A DNA stretch of 64,000 bases from Nymphaea colorata (Eukaryota). The stretch spans positions 32,612,001 through 32,676,000 of the forward strand of contig NC_045138.2 in assembly GCF_008831285.2 (NCBI RefSeq). The letters run 5' to 3'. Positions 14,336-24,717 of the stretch are shown in pieces. Within the stretch, counting starts at the first letter, position 1. Every line of letters begins with the position of its first letter. The notes beneath the pieces were generated by a model that had not been told where the DNA came from, searched no databases, and saw only the letters and a list, made by a program, of their open reading frames with translations. Position numbers and translations under genes: made by a program.

Positions 14336-14710
14336 GGGATGCTCGATGTCTTGGAACCTTGGCCTTGTCATCCTCTGTCCACTCACAATCTCAAGGACTA
14401 TGACCTCAAGACAGCTGGGTTGGGACAATTGAAATAGGAAAGTTCTAATTCAATATCAGACGGGGAAGAGAGTTTGATCTTAAAAGCAATCACAAGGGTT
14501 TTGATTTTCGTTCTACTTGGTCTTCTTGTAGTGTGCATGATTGTTGTGGGGATGTGCCTAGGGTTCCGACCTTGACTTGCTCTGGTTTTTAAGGATCGGA
14601 TTTAGGAAAATCAACAATTGAATGAGAATCGAGCCACTCGCTTTTGCCGCCACAGTTTTGGTCCTTATTTTTTTGTTCGGTTTACTAACTACAGTTGTCT
14701 TTTCCTGTAG

Positions 14711-14836
14711 AGCACCTCACTGTCAGTTAACAATGTTCTTGCATGTTGTGGGTCTATGTGTGGAGGTGGCTGTGATGGAGGCTGGCCTATCAATGGCTGT
14801 CAATACTTTGTCCAAAATGGCGTCGTCACAGAAGAG
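14711..14836 (+). pseudogene. Orphan exon of a cathepsin B-like cysteine protease
   Basis: tttcctgtag|...|gtataa, 126 nt, phase 0, translates [42 protein letters not shown]. This matches the plant cathepsin B segment SLSxNDLLACCGxxCGxGCDGGYP..AW.YF...GVVTEE. No other exons seen. Confidence 0.8.
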
Positions 14837-15734
14837 GTATAATATTAAAGATTGATATTCTGTAGCTCGGTCTTTGAATTGTGTAGTAGACATAGTTTCC
14901 CAAACGAGTAACCATGTAGAAATCCTTCATCAAATGTGCTGCTGATTGACTTCTTTTGGTATGCATTATACAGTAAGAGCTAAATTTATCCTATGCTTGG
15001 GATTCCTTCACGGATATAGCAATCTTTATGCACTATTTTTGAACATAGAAATAATATGCCTAAAGATGGGGATGAGAATGGAAGTGCAGCCGATGTTCTT
15101 AAGAAAGGAGATGAGAGGATAGGTTCTGGTCTTCAAGCTGCACAGCTGCATTTTTCACACATCCTCCACTCACATCGGTATTTCCAAAAGTACAACAAGG
15201 CTCAAGCTAAGCCAAAGAATGGAAAGGAAGAAGGTTGAAGATGCCCGGCCAAAAAAAACCCTCGTTGCCTGTTCATTGAAAGTTCAACCAAATTTTACAT
15301 TTGATTCTTGGAATTCATCCTCTGGTGTTGGTTTCGGCTTTGTGTTGAGAGAGAATTTCTTCATTTGAAATTATAAAAAAAGCAAAAAAAATAAGAAAAG
15401 GAACTGATATATGCTGAAAAAACCAAAGTCAACCAGCTGCAATATAGATTTCTCAGCTGAAGCCTTCCTTCTGTTTTTCTTTTTCCTTTTTTTTCTACAA
15501 TCTTATGTGCTACAAATTGTATTAGATATACCATGTTAACCAGTGAGTATAAACTATAAAGTGATTCTCTATCCCTCGAAGTTGCCTTGTGAACGTCTCT
15601 ACTAATAACTCATACTAGAATTCAAAACCAATTCATCATAAGTAGCTAATCAATCATGAAACCATTCATGTAACATACATACACACATAGAAGCTTGAAG
15701 GATGCTTGTCCACCAAGAACAGTCCAAGATGCCC

Positions 15735-17601
15735 GCCCTCCACTGGCTGGACGAGCAGCTCAGCCGAAATGGTTCTCCTCGTAGCAGGTAAGTTACAGAG
15801 AAATCAAGTCATGAGGGAGAAACAGGGGATTGCGATGGTTGTGCACTTCACCGGATGGACAGATTTCCCGTTGAGATCAAACGGGGGGTGTCTCTCTCAA
15901 CTACTCCCCCACAGGGTCTCTGCCAGGAAGGCAGGAGTAGAGGATGGACAAGGGAGGCTCGGGAACAGGGAAGGCCGCAGCGCTGCTTCCGTCGCACCCC
16001 AGTTGGACTCTCGCTGAGATGATTGCAGGAGAATAATATAAACTGAGATAAGTTTTTATCTGGAGACCGGTCGGGGGAGGCCGCACTGCTTCCGTCGCTC
16101 CCCAGTTGGACTCTCGCTGGGACGATTGCAGAGAATAATATAAACTGAGATAAGTTTTTGTCTGGAGACCTTACCAATCGGTCGGTTGAGAGTCCTAGCA
16201 ATAGATGTCTGGGGAAGCAGAGGATTCACGACTGCTCGTTCAGATGCCCGAACAGGGGACGCAGGAAACAGGGACAGAGAGGGTGGCCGGAAGTTTGTCT
16301 ACTCCGACCTGCTCCGGCAGTCTCTGTGAGCTCAGTAGCTGAGAGGAGGATCTCCCTAGAAAATCTTGCAGGGAGAGGACACTTGTAGAATTAGCGCCTG
16401 ATTTTTTAATGGAAGTGGTGGAGCAGAGGAAGATGGCTGAACACGACTAGCTTTGTGTTGGAATAACTTAGCCTTGAGATCTTCGAAAGATGGAAGAATA
16501 GGTAGGACTTCCAAGGCTGTGCAAAAAATATCAAAATCTGTTCCCAGTCCACTCAAGGCTTGTTGCACTTTGTCCTTGTCGCTGACGGGATGTCCAATGG
16601 CAGCAAGTTGATCACTTAACACTTTTAATTTCATTCAAATACTCCAAAACAGTACGCGTCCCACGCTTGATGTCCTCAAATTGCCTTCTTAACTACAGAA
16701 AACGTGCTTCGGATACTTGAGAATACGTGGTGGCAAGGGTAGACCACAACTCTAGGGCTGTTAAATCTTCATCAATACCTCCTAATACTTCCTCTGACAA
16801 AGTAGAAGTAATATAGGCAACAAGGGACTGGTCGTGAGCTAGCCAAGCTTCATACTCAAGATTATTTTCAGTAATGGTTTCATATTCAAATCTGATTTCA
16901 CTCATAGCCGCAGCCGCAGCAGCTTGATCTCCCACTACGGTCTTCTTCACTTCACGGTCAATATACATAGGAGGTGCTGGAGTGGTCCCATCGATATGCC
17001 CGTAGAGTCTATGACTTTTAATAAAAGGGACTATTTGACGTTTCTAAGTCAAATAGTTACTATGATTCAGCTTTTGAGAAATAAGTTGGGAGAGAAAGCT
17101 AGAAGATAGAAGAGAGGGAGTCGGCTGATCCATAATTGATTTAGGGCAACGACATAAATTAGGGCAAAACGATGAGAAAATAGGGCACAACGATTAGGGC
17201 AAATCACGCAAGATTTAGGGCAGAAACTGAAAAGAGGGATGACCACGCCAGAAAAGAAAGAATTTAGGGCAGATTAGGGCTAATCACATCAAACCGGAAG
17301 ACGATGCAACCTGGCTCTGATACCATGTAAGAATCTTCACAAAGTACTCGTCTCTCCGTATGCAAAACAGATATATTGAGAGGAGAGGATGAAAGAAGAC
17401 GATGGAGGAAAGGGAGCAGCCGGCTTAACCCAGCCCTGCGTTCCTTAATCTTTGAATTAAAAGAATAACCCTAATAGGTTACAACAGATTTGTACATAAA
17501 ATTATAAAATATTACAAGAGAGCCACCGCCTAGTAATTTAGGCGTGTGGATATAAGGAGAATGGATCGGGTCTGAACAGACCCGATCCCCATACGCTAAC
17601 A
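15735..17601 (-). mobile_element. Truncated Ty1/Copia LTR retrotransposon: 5' LTR 17326-17601, tRNA-Met PBS 17313-17325, disrupted gag 17133-16356
   Basis: LTR is bounded TG...CA and followed on the minus strand by TGGTATCAGAGCC. Gag motifs KLNHSNYLT*KRQI..LYGHIDGTTPAP, YEAWLAHDQSLVAYITSTLSEE, DQLAAIGHPVSD..V.QAL.GL..DF, with stops. No pol and no second LTR seen. Confidence 0.85.
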
Positions 17602-18547
17602 GTCTTTGTGTTACTTTTATGATTTTATCATTTGTCTAATGATTTTAGTAATTGCACTGAACCGCAGCTCAATCAACTATCAGGAACCAGAACCCGGTGG
17701 GTTCAGTTGCATTTGTTTTCAACTTTTTTTCTATTCATGAACCTTTGTTTACAATGACAAGGTTTTTGCAATTTTGAAATCGTAGATCAAAGTAGACTGC
17801 GTATTCTATTTATCCATTTGATAGATGATTCTGAACAACGATATGAAGAATGGCAATGATATAGCTGCCAAAGGTGAAGGTGGTTGTTGTTGGATTGCTC
17901 GTGCGCACTTTTGCTGTGAAGGATATCTCAGGAACCTCAGAAGCAAGTCCCAACTTCCATTGGCTGCAGAATGATCAGGTTGGCAATACCACAGGCATCC
18001 AAGATTCCAAGCATCAAACTTAGGTTGATTCCTCAAAACATTTCCTTCATTTCTGTGCAATCATATTAGGAAAAACACCCGCAGAAAAACCGATGTTCGA
18101 CATGAATTCCTCCAGGCGCTTTGCATTTGTCAGGTAGAGGTAACTTATCAAGATTCTACAAACTTAAATAATCGCAACTTTAATGGTGAAGTAAATTGAA
18201 CAATTGAAATAGGAAATAACGTGACTGCAGCTTTCGAACAATGAAGGCAATTACAGTGACAAACTATCCCAGATTAGGAAGTCAAGAGTGCAAGTGCCTT
18301 CAGTGCAGAAATCAAAATGTCAAGTCCATTTTTCATAAACAGTTTAGTAAACAGATAAATTTGTTTAAGCATCAAAGATGTAAGTGTTAAATCACAATAG
18401 GGAGGGAGAGAGAGAAAGAGCTGAGAGTTAGGCTGGCACCTTAGGTGCACACCTAGTGTGTCTGCCAGGTTGTGGTGCTCGCTTCACGTACTGGGGTTGT
18501 GCTCTCCAAATACGGCTGTATTTTTTCGGCCGGTGTGTACGATCAGT

Positions 18548-18647
18548 NNNNNNNNNNNNNNNNNNNNNNNNNNNNNNNNNNNNNNNNNNNNNNNNNNNNN
18601 NNNNNNNNNNNNNNNNNNNNNNNNNNNNNNNNNNNNNNNNNNNNNNN
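18548..18647. other. Assembly gap (100 N)
   Basis: Run of N. Confidence 1.
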
Positions 18648-18649
18648 TG

Positions 18650-20290
18650 CAACAAATGACATTGAAGAAGAAAATACAATGATCAAGCAAAATAAAGATC
18701 AAACAAAACAAATGTAGCTTACTGCAAGAAAAGCTGAGATGATGTAGGAGGAGAAAACTGCCATGCTGTTCGTCGAGCTACCCAGTACTTAAGTTTCTGC
18801 TGTTCGGTGAAGGAAATGGTATTGCTTCCAGCCTTTTATAAGGAAGAACTGTATGTGCGTGTTTGATCGATAATGCTGACCCATTCGGAGGTAAGGTGGA
18901 CACGGAAGACATTGAAGCCCTAATATTTATATGACCAAGAATTAAGCGGTCGCATGGCAACAGTAAATAGATTCAATCGACCGACCGGAAATGGGCAACT
19001 GGACAGTCATGTAAGCTTCTTTCTCAAAATTCCAGCCATTTATACGAACAATCTCACTGTTCTACACCTGAAATGAAGATATTCCCTTGTGTGTTTATTT
19101 AGCATAATCTTTTTTTTTTTTTTTTGAGCAGTTTTCACGTATGACTCCTAAAACCGGACCGTGTGTTAGGGGCTCAAAATGACCAAAATGTCCTCTTGTA
19201 TAAAATGAAAGACCCTCGCATAACGGTTAGAGTAGAATGGTAAAAAAAAGAAATGCCCTGAAGATGACTAAAGTGTCATCTGATCAGAACACAGCTCTTG
19301 TGTTACGACATACTAAATTTATTTGATCCATGAATTTCACTATTACTGAGAAAGTCAGAGGAGAAATGTGGTTATGTAAAATTAGGTCCCCATTCAGTTT
19401 TTTTTTTTTTTGAAAAAAAAGAAGAAAAAACATGGTCATTTCGAGTCCAGTTAATTGAGTCAGTCCAATAATGTTCAGTACATGGTGAATCTGACCCGAA
19501 CCGGTTTACGTCGAGTAGTCATCTTCCTGACGTGTCAAGGGAATTCATCTTCGACTGCATACAGTGACTTTTCTCTAGCAGTTGTCCGTGAACACCCATT
19601 AGCTTGAAATGTTCTCGAGACCGGGTCTAATACCTGTGACCCATTTTCCTCTTGTTGAATTTTGAACTTTGATACTTTTGTTTCATTCGTATTTAGGAAG
19701 ATATTCATTCATAAATGCAAAGTTTATTGGTTCATTAAACGGCTAAGGAACATAGCTTTTAAGCACAACATTTGGGTTTGGTAATAGGAAAGCTGTGTTC
19801 CTTGGAACGCAGTGTTCCAAGCATGTGTTTACCTTTCAAATAAAAAAGCATTCATGTTACCAAACGCATATCTTGCACTAGGTATACTAAACCACTAGCA
19901 TTTATTATGTAACTCTTATGAGACCTATATTGAATGCATTGTTCATTTTTTCCCTTTCGTTTCTTATTAATTTTTTCCAAGCTCTTACTTTCAGTGCAAG
20001 CTATTTGGTAGAGACCGACTCCTGGGAGACGGTGCCACACCATCTCCTTTAGACACGCATCTCAGTTTGCAAGACGGGACAGAATGGCTTCAATGAATGT
20101 TACTATTATCATTGCACATTTGCATACAATGGTTGAAACAGTCAATCCGTGACGAAGAAGACGACCTAGAATAAAACAGTCCACGACGCAGAAGGTAAGC
20201 AATGATACTGCAACTCAAGGTACGCAATGACATATATACAAATGATCATACTGAACATAAACTCAATAAATACTGCCATTGTATATTGTC
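18650..20290. repeat. Segmental duplication block X (18650-20290 ~ 34855-36772; partial third copy 29500-29930)
   Basis: Colinear high similarity over BURP exon 1, promoter and ~1.3 kb upstream. Confidence 0.9.
18723..18764 (-). CDS. Exon 1 (signal peptide, MAVFSSYIISAFLA) of a further BURP gene copy, interrupted by the gap
   Basis: Near-identical to exon 1, gtaagc donor and promoter of the intact BURP at 34925-34975. The first ATG is mutated to ACG; the second ATG is intact. Confidence 0.7.
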
Positions 20291-20977
20291 CTGTATGTGT
20301 ATGGGCACTTCATATGTATACTGCCCCTTACTGCCATGACGGGGAGGCCTAATTACCCCAAATTGGTCAGCATATATATATATAAAGGAGGAAATTATAT
20401 AAAAAAAATTACTTCTGAATTTTTAATATAAATTTTGTTTAAAGTCTGTCATACAGGTTGAAAAGCATTAGCGCATATTGGTAGTATTATGTGTTTAAAA
20501 AAACATGGTTTGGATATGTCACCAACAAAGCAATTCAACCAAATTTCCATGACTCATTGGAAACTTTATTTTCATCTAATCAAGTTTGTACACAACTGGG
20601 TAAAACTTTGTCGCTATCGCCGTCAATCTCACGCTTTAACACACAGTGGTAGATTATTATTATGGTATGGAAAACTGGTATGCCTCTCCCACTGTTAGAT
20701 TCTCATCGCAGCCATTTAGCGAGTCAAAACTATATGGCATATCTTAGGGAGTGTGTCGAAAGTCTTTAGATTGTATTGTTACTCCATGAAAATTTAGTTC
20801 GGGCCATGCCTTCTTCTGCCAAATTCAAACGAAAAAAGCCAAGTCATGTACAACAATAATTTTGCTCATACAACCCTGTAGTCACAACACAAGCGTTTTT
20901 CGATTATGTTGTAAAAGAAGACACCAAATGTCGTTCCAGCTATGGATATTTAATTTTGTTGTGATTTTCTTTTTCAT

Positions 20978-20984
<7 letters not shown>

Positions 20985-21035
<51 letters not shown>
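20985..21035. repeat. Poly(T) 51 nt
   Basis: Direct observation. Confidence 0.95.
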
Positions 21036-21037
<2 letters not shown>

Positions 21038-21333
21038 CTCAGCCAGCCAAGCTGCCAAATACAAGAACTTCTTCATTGGAAAGGTGGTTAACCTCAGACA
21101 ACCTACAGCGGTGAAAACTTCACCGGTATAGGTCTCATCCCATTCACGTGCGTAAACAGATATTTTCCTCATGCAAACATCATGGCGGTAAAAAGAACGA
21201 ACGTAAGAAAACATCAGTATGACTTTACGGACGTTTTGCTTATTTTTCAATAACGTTTTCACTCAATAATAAAAACCTCTTTTTTGTAGTAGTAGGAAAA
21301 AGAGCAAAACTCTACAGGACGGGGAAAAGGACC

Positions 21334-21450
21334 GTGGCGGCACTCTCTGGCACCATTAATGCTGTGATTCCTCCTCTATCTCGCTGTCTCAGGTCCTCGA
21401 GAGACAGGCATTTGCTGGCTCTTCACCATCCTTCTGTTTTTGTTATCTGG
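21334..21450 (+). pseudogene. Degenerate copy of exon 1 of the YnbB-like gene (44583-44714)
   Basis: VAALSGTINAVIPPLSRCLRSSRDRH...|gtaag vs MTALSSAVIAIPPPSCSLRSPRDRH...|gtatg; start codon is GTG. Confidence 0.65.
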
Positions 21451-21524
21451 GTAAGTACTCATCCCTAACACTTGTTTGTATTGCTCAAAATATCATGTGT
21501 GATTTTCTCAGAAGAAATTAACTT

Positions 21525-24500
21525 TTATATATGGGTTTCTGAGTACATTTTAATGCTTTTCATTAATGAAACTTTTGTAAATTATTTTGTTGAAATTAGG
21601 CCTTTTTGTAATTTTTCAAATAATAGGTTTCATATTTCATCCTAAAAATCAAGGGGTGATTCCGAACTCGATCAATCACCTCTTAGCTCCCTCCCATAGT
21701 GTCCTTGCAGGTTTCTTTGTCTTGTCTGTCTACCGTAATTCTAGTTCATTGTTTCATTACTTCAAAGAAATATTTAATTATGGAACATCTCTGTCCCTCC
21801 TCTTTTTTTTTCTCTCTCTCTCTCTCTAGCCTCTGTGAGGAATTTAAGGATTTGAGTAGGGTAGCTTGAGTAATTTTCCCATTCCATAAAGTTCATCTCC
21901 GAGGAGTGGCATGACCCATGCACGTATAAGGTGCAAAGTGTCAAGATCTTAGAGTTCCATTAATTGCAAAACTTGGTTTTTCTTGTTCGCCGGACCAAGT
22001 TATAAATATTTCTCTTAATTTTAGTTCTCCTGATTCAGCAATTTGATCATGTGACGGCCAATATCAATGTAATAGACATTACCATGACCTAGAGTTGTGA
22101 GCTGATCAGGATTCAATGGCGCCAATAAGTGATAAACTCATAAGGAAATAAGGCAAGTAATTAACTGATGCTGTTTTATTTATTATCAGTTCATTCAAAA
22201 GAGTAATTTGAATAGCTGTAGGCGGCCAGCTCATGTACGTACAAGGAAGTAGTAGTTGGGGACGCTGGCGAGATCCTTTAGAATGAAGTGGCAAATGGGA
22301 ACAGTTCCTGGTTTCACACCAGCAACCGGTAGCTGGCATGCCCAGAATTCTCTCTTGATGTATCAAAATGGCACATAGCAATGGCATTCACTCGGTTACC
22401 ATTATCAGAAACCAATGGAGCCATGTATGCCCTTGCTCCTGCCAAATTGTGGTAGAACACAACATAAGGAAACATCATATTGTGGCAAGTCATCATTTTA
22501 TGGGACATCACCCTCCCCTCACTAGCACCAGCCCCTGCTCTGTAAGTCCTGGCCTTCAACTCCTCCTCTCTATTAACAACAGAAGTGATCGCCACATGAA
22601 TTTCACTAGTTCCGAACTCCACGACAACAAAATCGATCATGGATTCCAGTGACGTTACATGGTACTCGAGTTCTCCTTTAACTGCAGGTTTCTCGCAATC
22701 AACAAGTGTTTGCCTGGTAAGAGATGCAGAGTGGAATTCAATGGAGAACATCTTAAGGATGGTAGTGAGGTTTGAGGTTGAGAAGGGAATTTCCTGGGCT
22801 TGTTTGCGTGGCAAGAAAGTACGCTCAGAGCTGACACCACCGACAATAGAAGCATCATTTGCTAAAGGGGTGATGAAGATAACCAACAATGTTTTTCTTT
22901 CTTGGAAACCCTCAATGGATGGACATGAGTACCTGATGTCAGAGTAGGGATGGAAGAGAAACGAAACAATCGTCAATCGTCGGGCATGAGAGTGCTGGGG
23001 AAGGCCTCATTCCATTTAGCTTTATAGCGAGAGTGCCGGTAATTGTGTTCGCGGCCCCGGCAAGCAGCTGACAGAGAAAAGAAACAATCGTCATCCACCA
23101 TATACTCTGGTAATTCAAGTTGGATTAGACCTGAGAATCTTTTATGCCGGAAAGAACTGGTTGATGGCATGGCGTGTGCAGAGCTGCTGTGGGAAGACGG
23201 AAGCGAGCGGCCTGCTTCCGGCAGGTGGGATGGCGCCCACTGGCAGTTTGGCTGTCCCTGGAGAGTGGGTCTCACTAGTACTCATACGTTTCGAGCAAAG
23301 GGAATTGATGGACCTGTGCACTTGCCAGGAAGAAAGTGAGAAGAACGAAACCAAGTCCGCCATTCAAGGCTCCAACTCAAGCTTGGCCAAATACGGAGAA
23401 GGAGGCCGCAAGTGCTTGCCCCTTTTTACATAGCGATATATAGCGATACACAAAAGAATGTAGGACATGATGCTGGTTATGTTCACATCTCTTTGTCTCG
23501 CTCACTTTGATGCCTTCAAGCTGGTCGGTCGGGCCACCGGTGATCTCCCATATAAGAGAAGACATATTTTTATATATTCATTTTAATGATTTCACCAAGT
23601 ATTTAAATCTTGAGTAGTTATGTATATCATTTAGGAAAAATGTAAAAAATAAAAAAAAAGGAAAGAGAGAGAAGGCTAGAGTAATGTAAGTATTGCAATC
23701 CAACCATGGATATGATACGGTACACCCATAATCCGGTTCAAGAAAACAGTACTCAGAAAAATCAAACCATACATAACGCACTTTCTGCATGCCGCTTGCC
23801 TGCCTAAGCAATTATACTTTCAACTACACTTCTTTATAATTTCCCTCACTTTTTCCACCTTTCACTTTCCCATCCTTTTTTTCTCTTCCACCCACAACAT
23901 TCCATTCCACCTCGTCCTTTTTTTTTTTGACTTTTTCAGCAACTACCCTTTTCATCCTAAGATTGGATGTTTATTAGAACTATATATCTCTTGGGTTTCA
24001 TGGATACTAAAACCTTACACCAAATTCTGATATAATTATTAAGTGGGCTCAAATTTTCTGAGGTCCGAATAATGGGGGTCCCGAGAATCTACTACTACTG
24101 TCACACAAACATGAGCATTTTTTCTTCAAGTTACAAGTGTTTGCATCATTAAAAAAAAAAAAAAAAGTCACCCTTGCCGATACGTGACTTGCTTGGTTAA
24201 GCGTCCCATTTTGGAGGTGTAAAGTTCTTGGAGAAGTAATTGCTGTTTTTACAACTTTCTTCAAGTTTTAATGCCGAGATGCATATGCAACTGCTTCTTG
24301 TTTCTCATTTCCCTTTTTCTCCTCGTGAAACCTTACACAAGCTTATGCACCGCCAACCAGCAGCTTTATTCAAATGGCACCTTATGATTTTGTACATCGA
24401 AGCATTACTTGCGCTTCCACACCATTATCATGATGCGTCATATTTTTCACAGATTGTCTTCAAAGAGATTGAAGAAGAAAAGACTCGTGTTCTGGGTACT

Positions 24501-24717
24501 GGAAAGATGCCGAGAAACAGAACGCATTGTAGGCCGTGTTTCTGGATTCACATATGTGCACATGATTGCAAGTTTGGCTACAAAAAGCACTTTCTCTGCT
24601 TCTTGGCCCACAGGAGCTGATATACGTTGGTCCAACATATCCCAGAGCTTTACATCCATCTCTTGCTTTGTGAGAATAGCAAAAGATGATAGTTGCTCCC
24701 CAGGATGCCTTCCCATT
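21525..24717. repeat. Segmental duplication block Y-Z-W (21525-24717 ~ 38490-41125)
   Basis: Paired ORFs 21587/38549, 23161/39319-39434 and 24240/40672 have near-identical translations; non-coding DNA is colinear. Confidence 0.9.
22231..23067 (-). pseudogene. BURP-domain (RD22-like) pseudogene
   Basis: Exon-2-like LLAGAANT...WNEAFPSTLMPD, then FLPRKQAQEIPFS..CEKPAVKGE..TSLESMIDF..TCH..VFYHN..MCHFDTS..KPGTVPICHF. Frameshifts near 23025, 22975 and 22320; second CH Cys lost; no exon 1 found. Confidence 0.85.

Noticed and set aside
12144..14533. CACTA element defined by CACTACAACA (12144, 12198) and TTCTTGTAGTG (14523-14533)
   Set aside because: The 3-bp flanks do not match (ttt vs tgc) and no subterminal repeat symmetry is evident.
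17806..18060. 84-aa minus-strand ORF as the continuation of the gap-cut BURP gene
   Set aside because: No BURP exon-2 or CH motifs and no recognisable homology.
20985..21130. Poly(A) tail of a retrocopy or SINE on the minus strand
   Set aside because: No TSD, pol III boxes or recognisable parent sequence.
23161..23433. Duplicated plus-strand ORF (also 39408-39667) with RAAGFRQVG, resembling a GRAS SAW motif
   Set aside because: Reading frames differ between the copies and the match is too short to assign.
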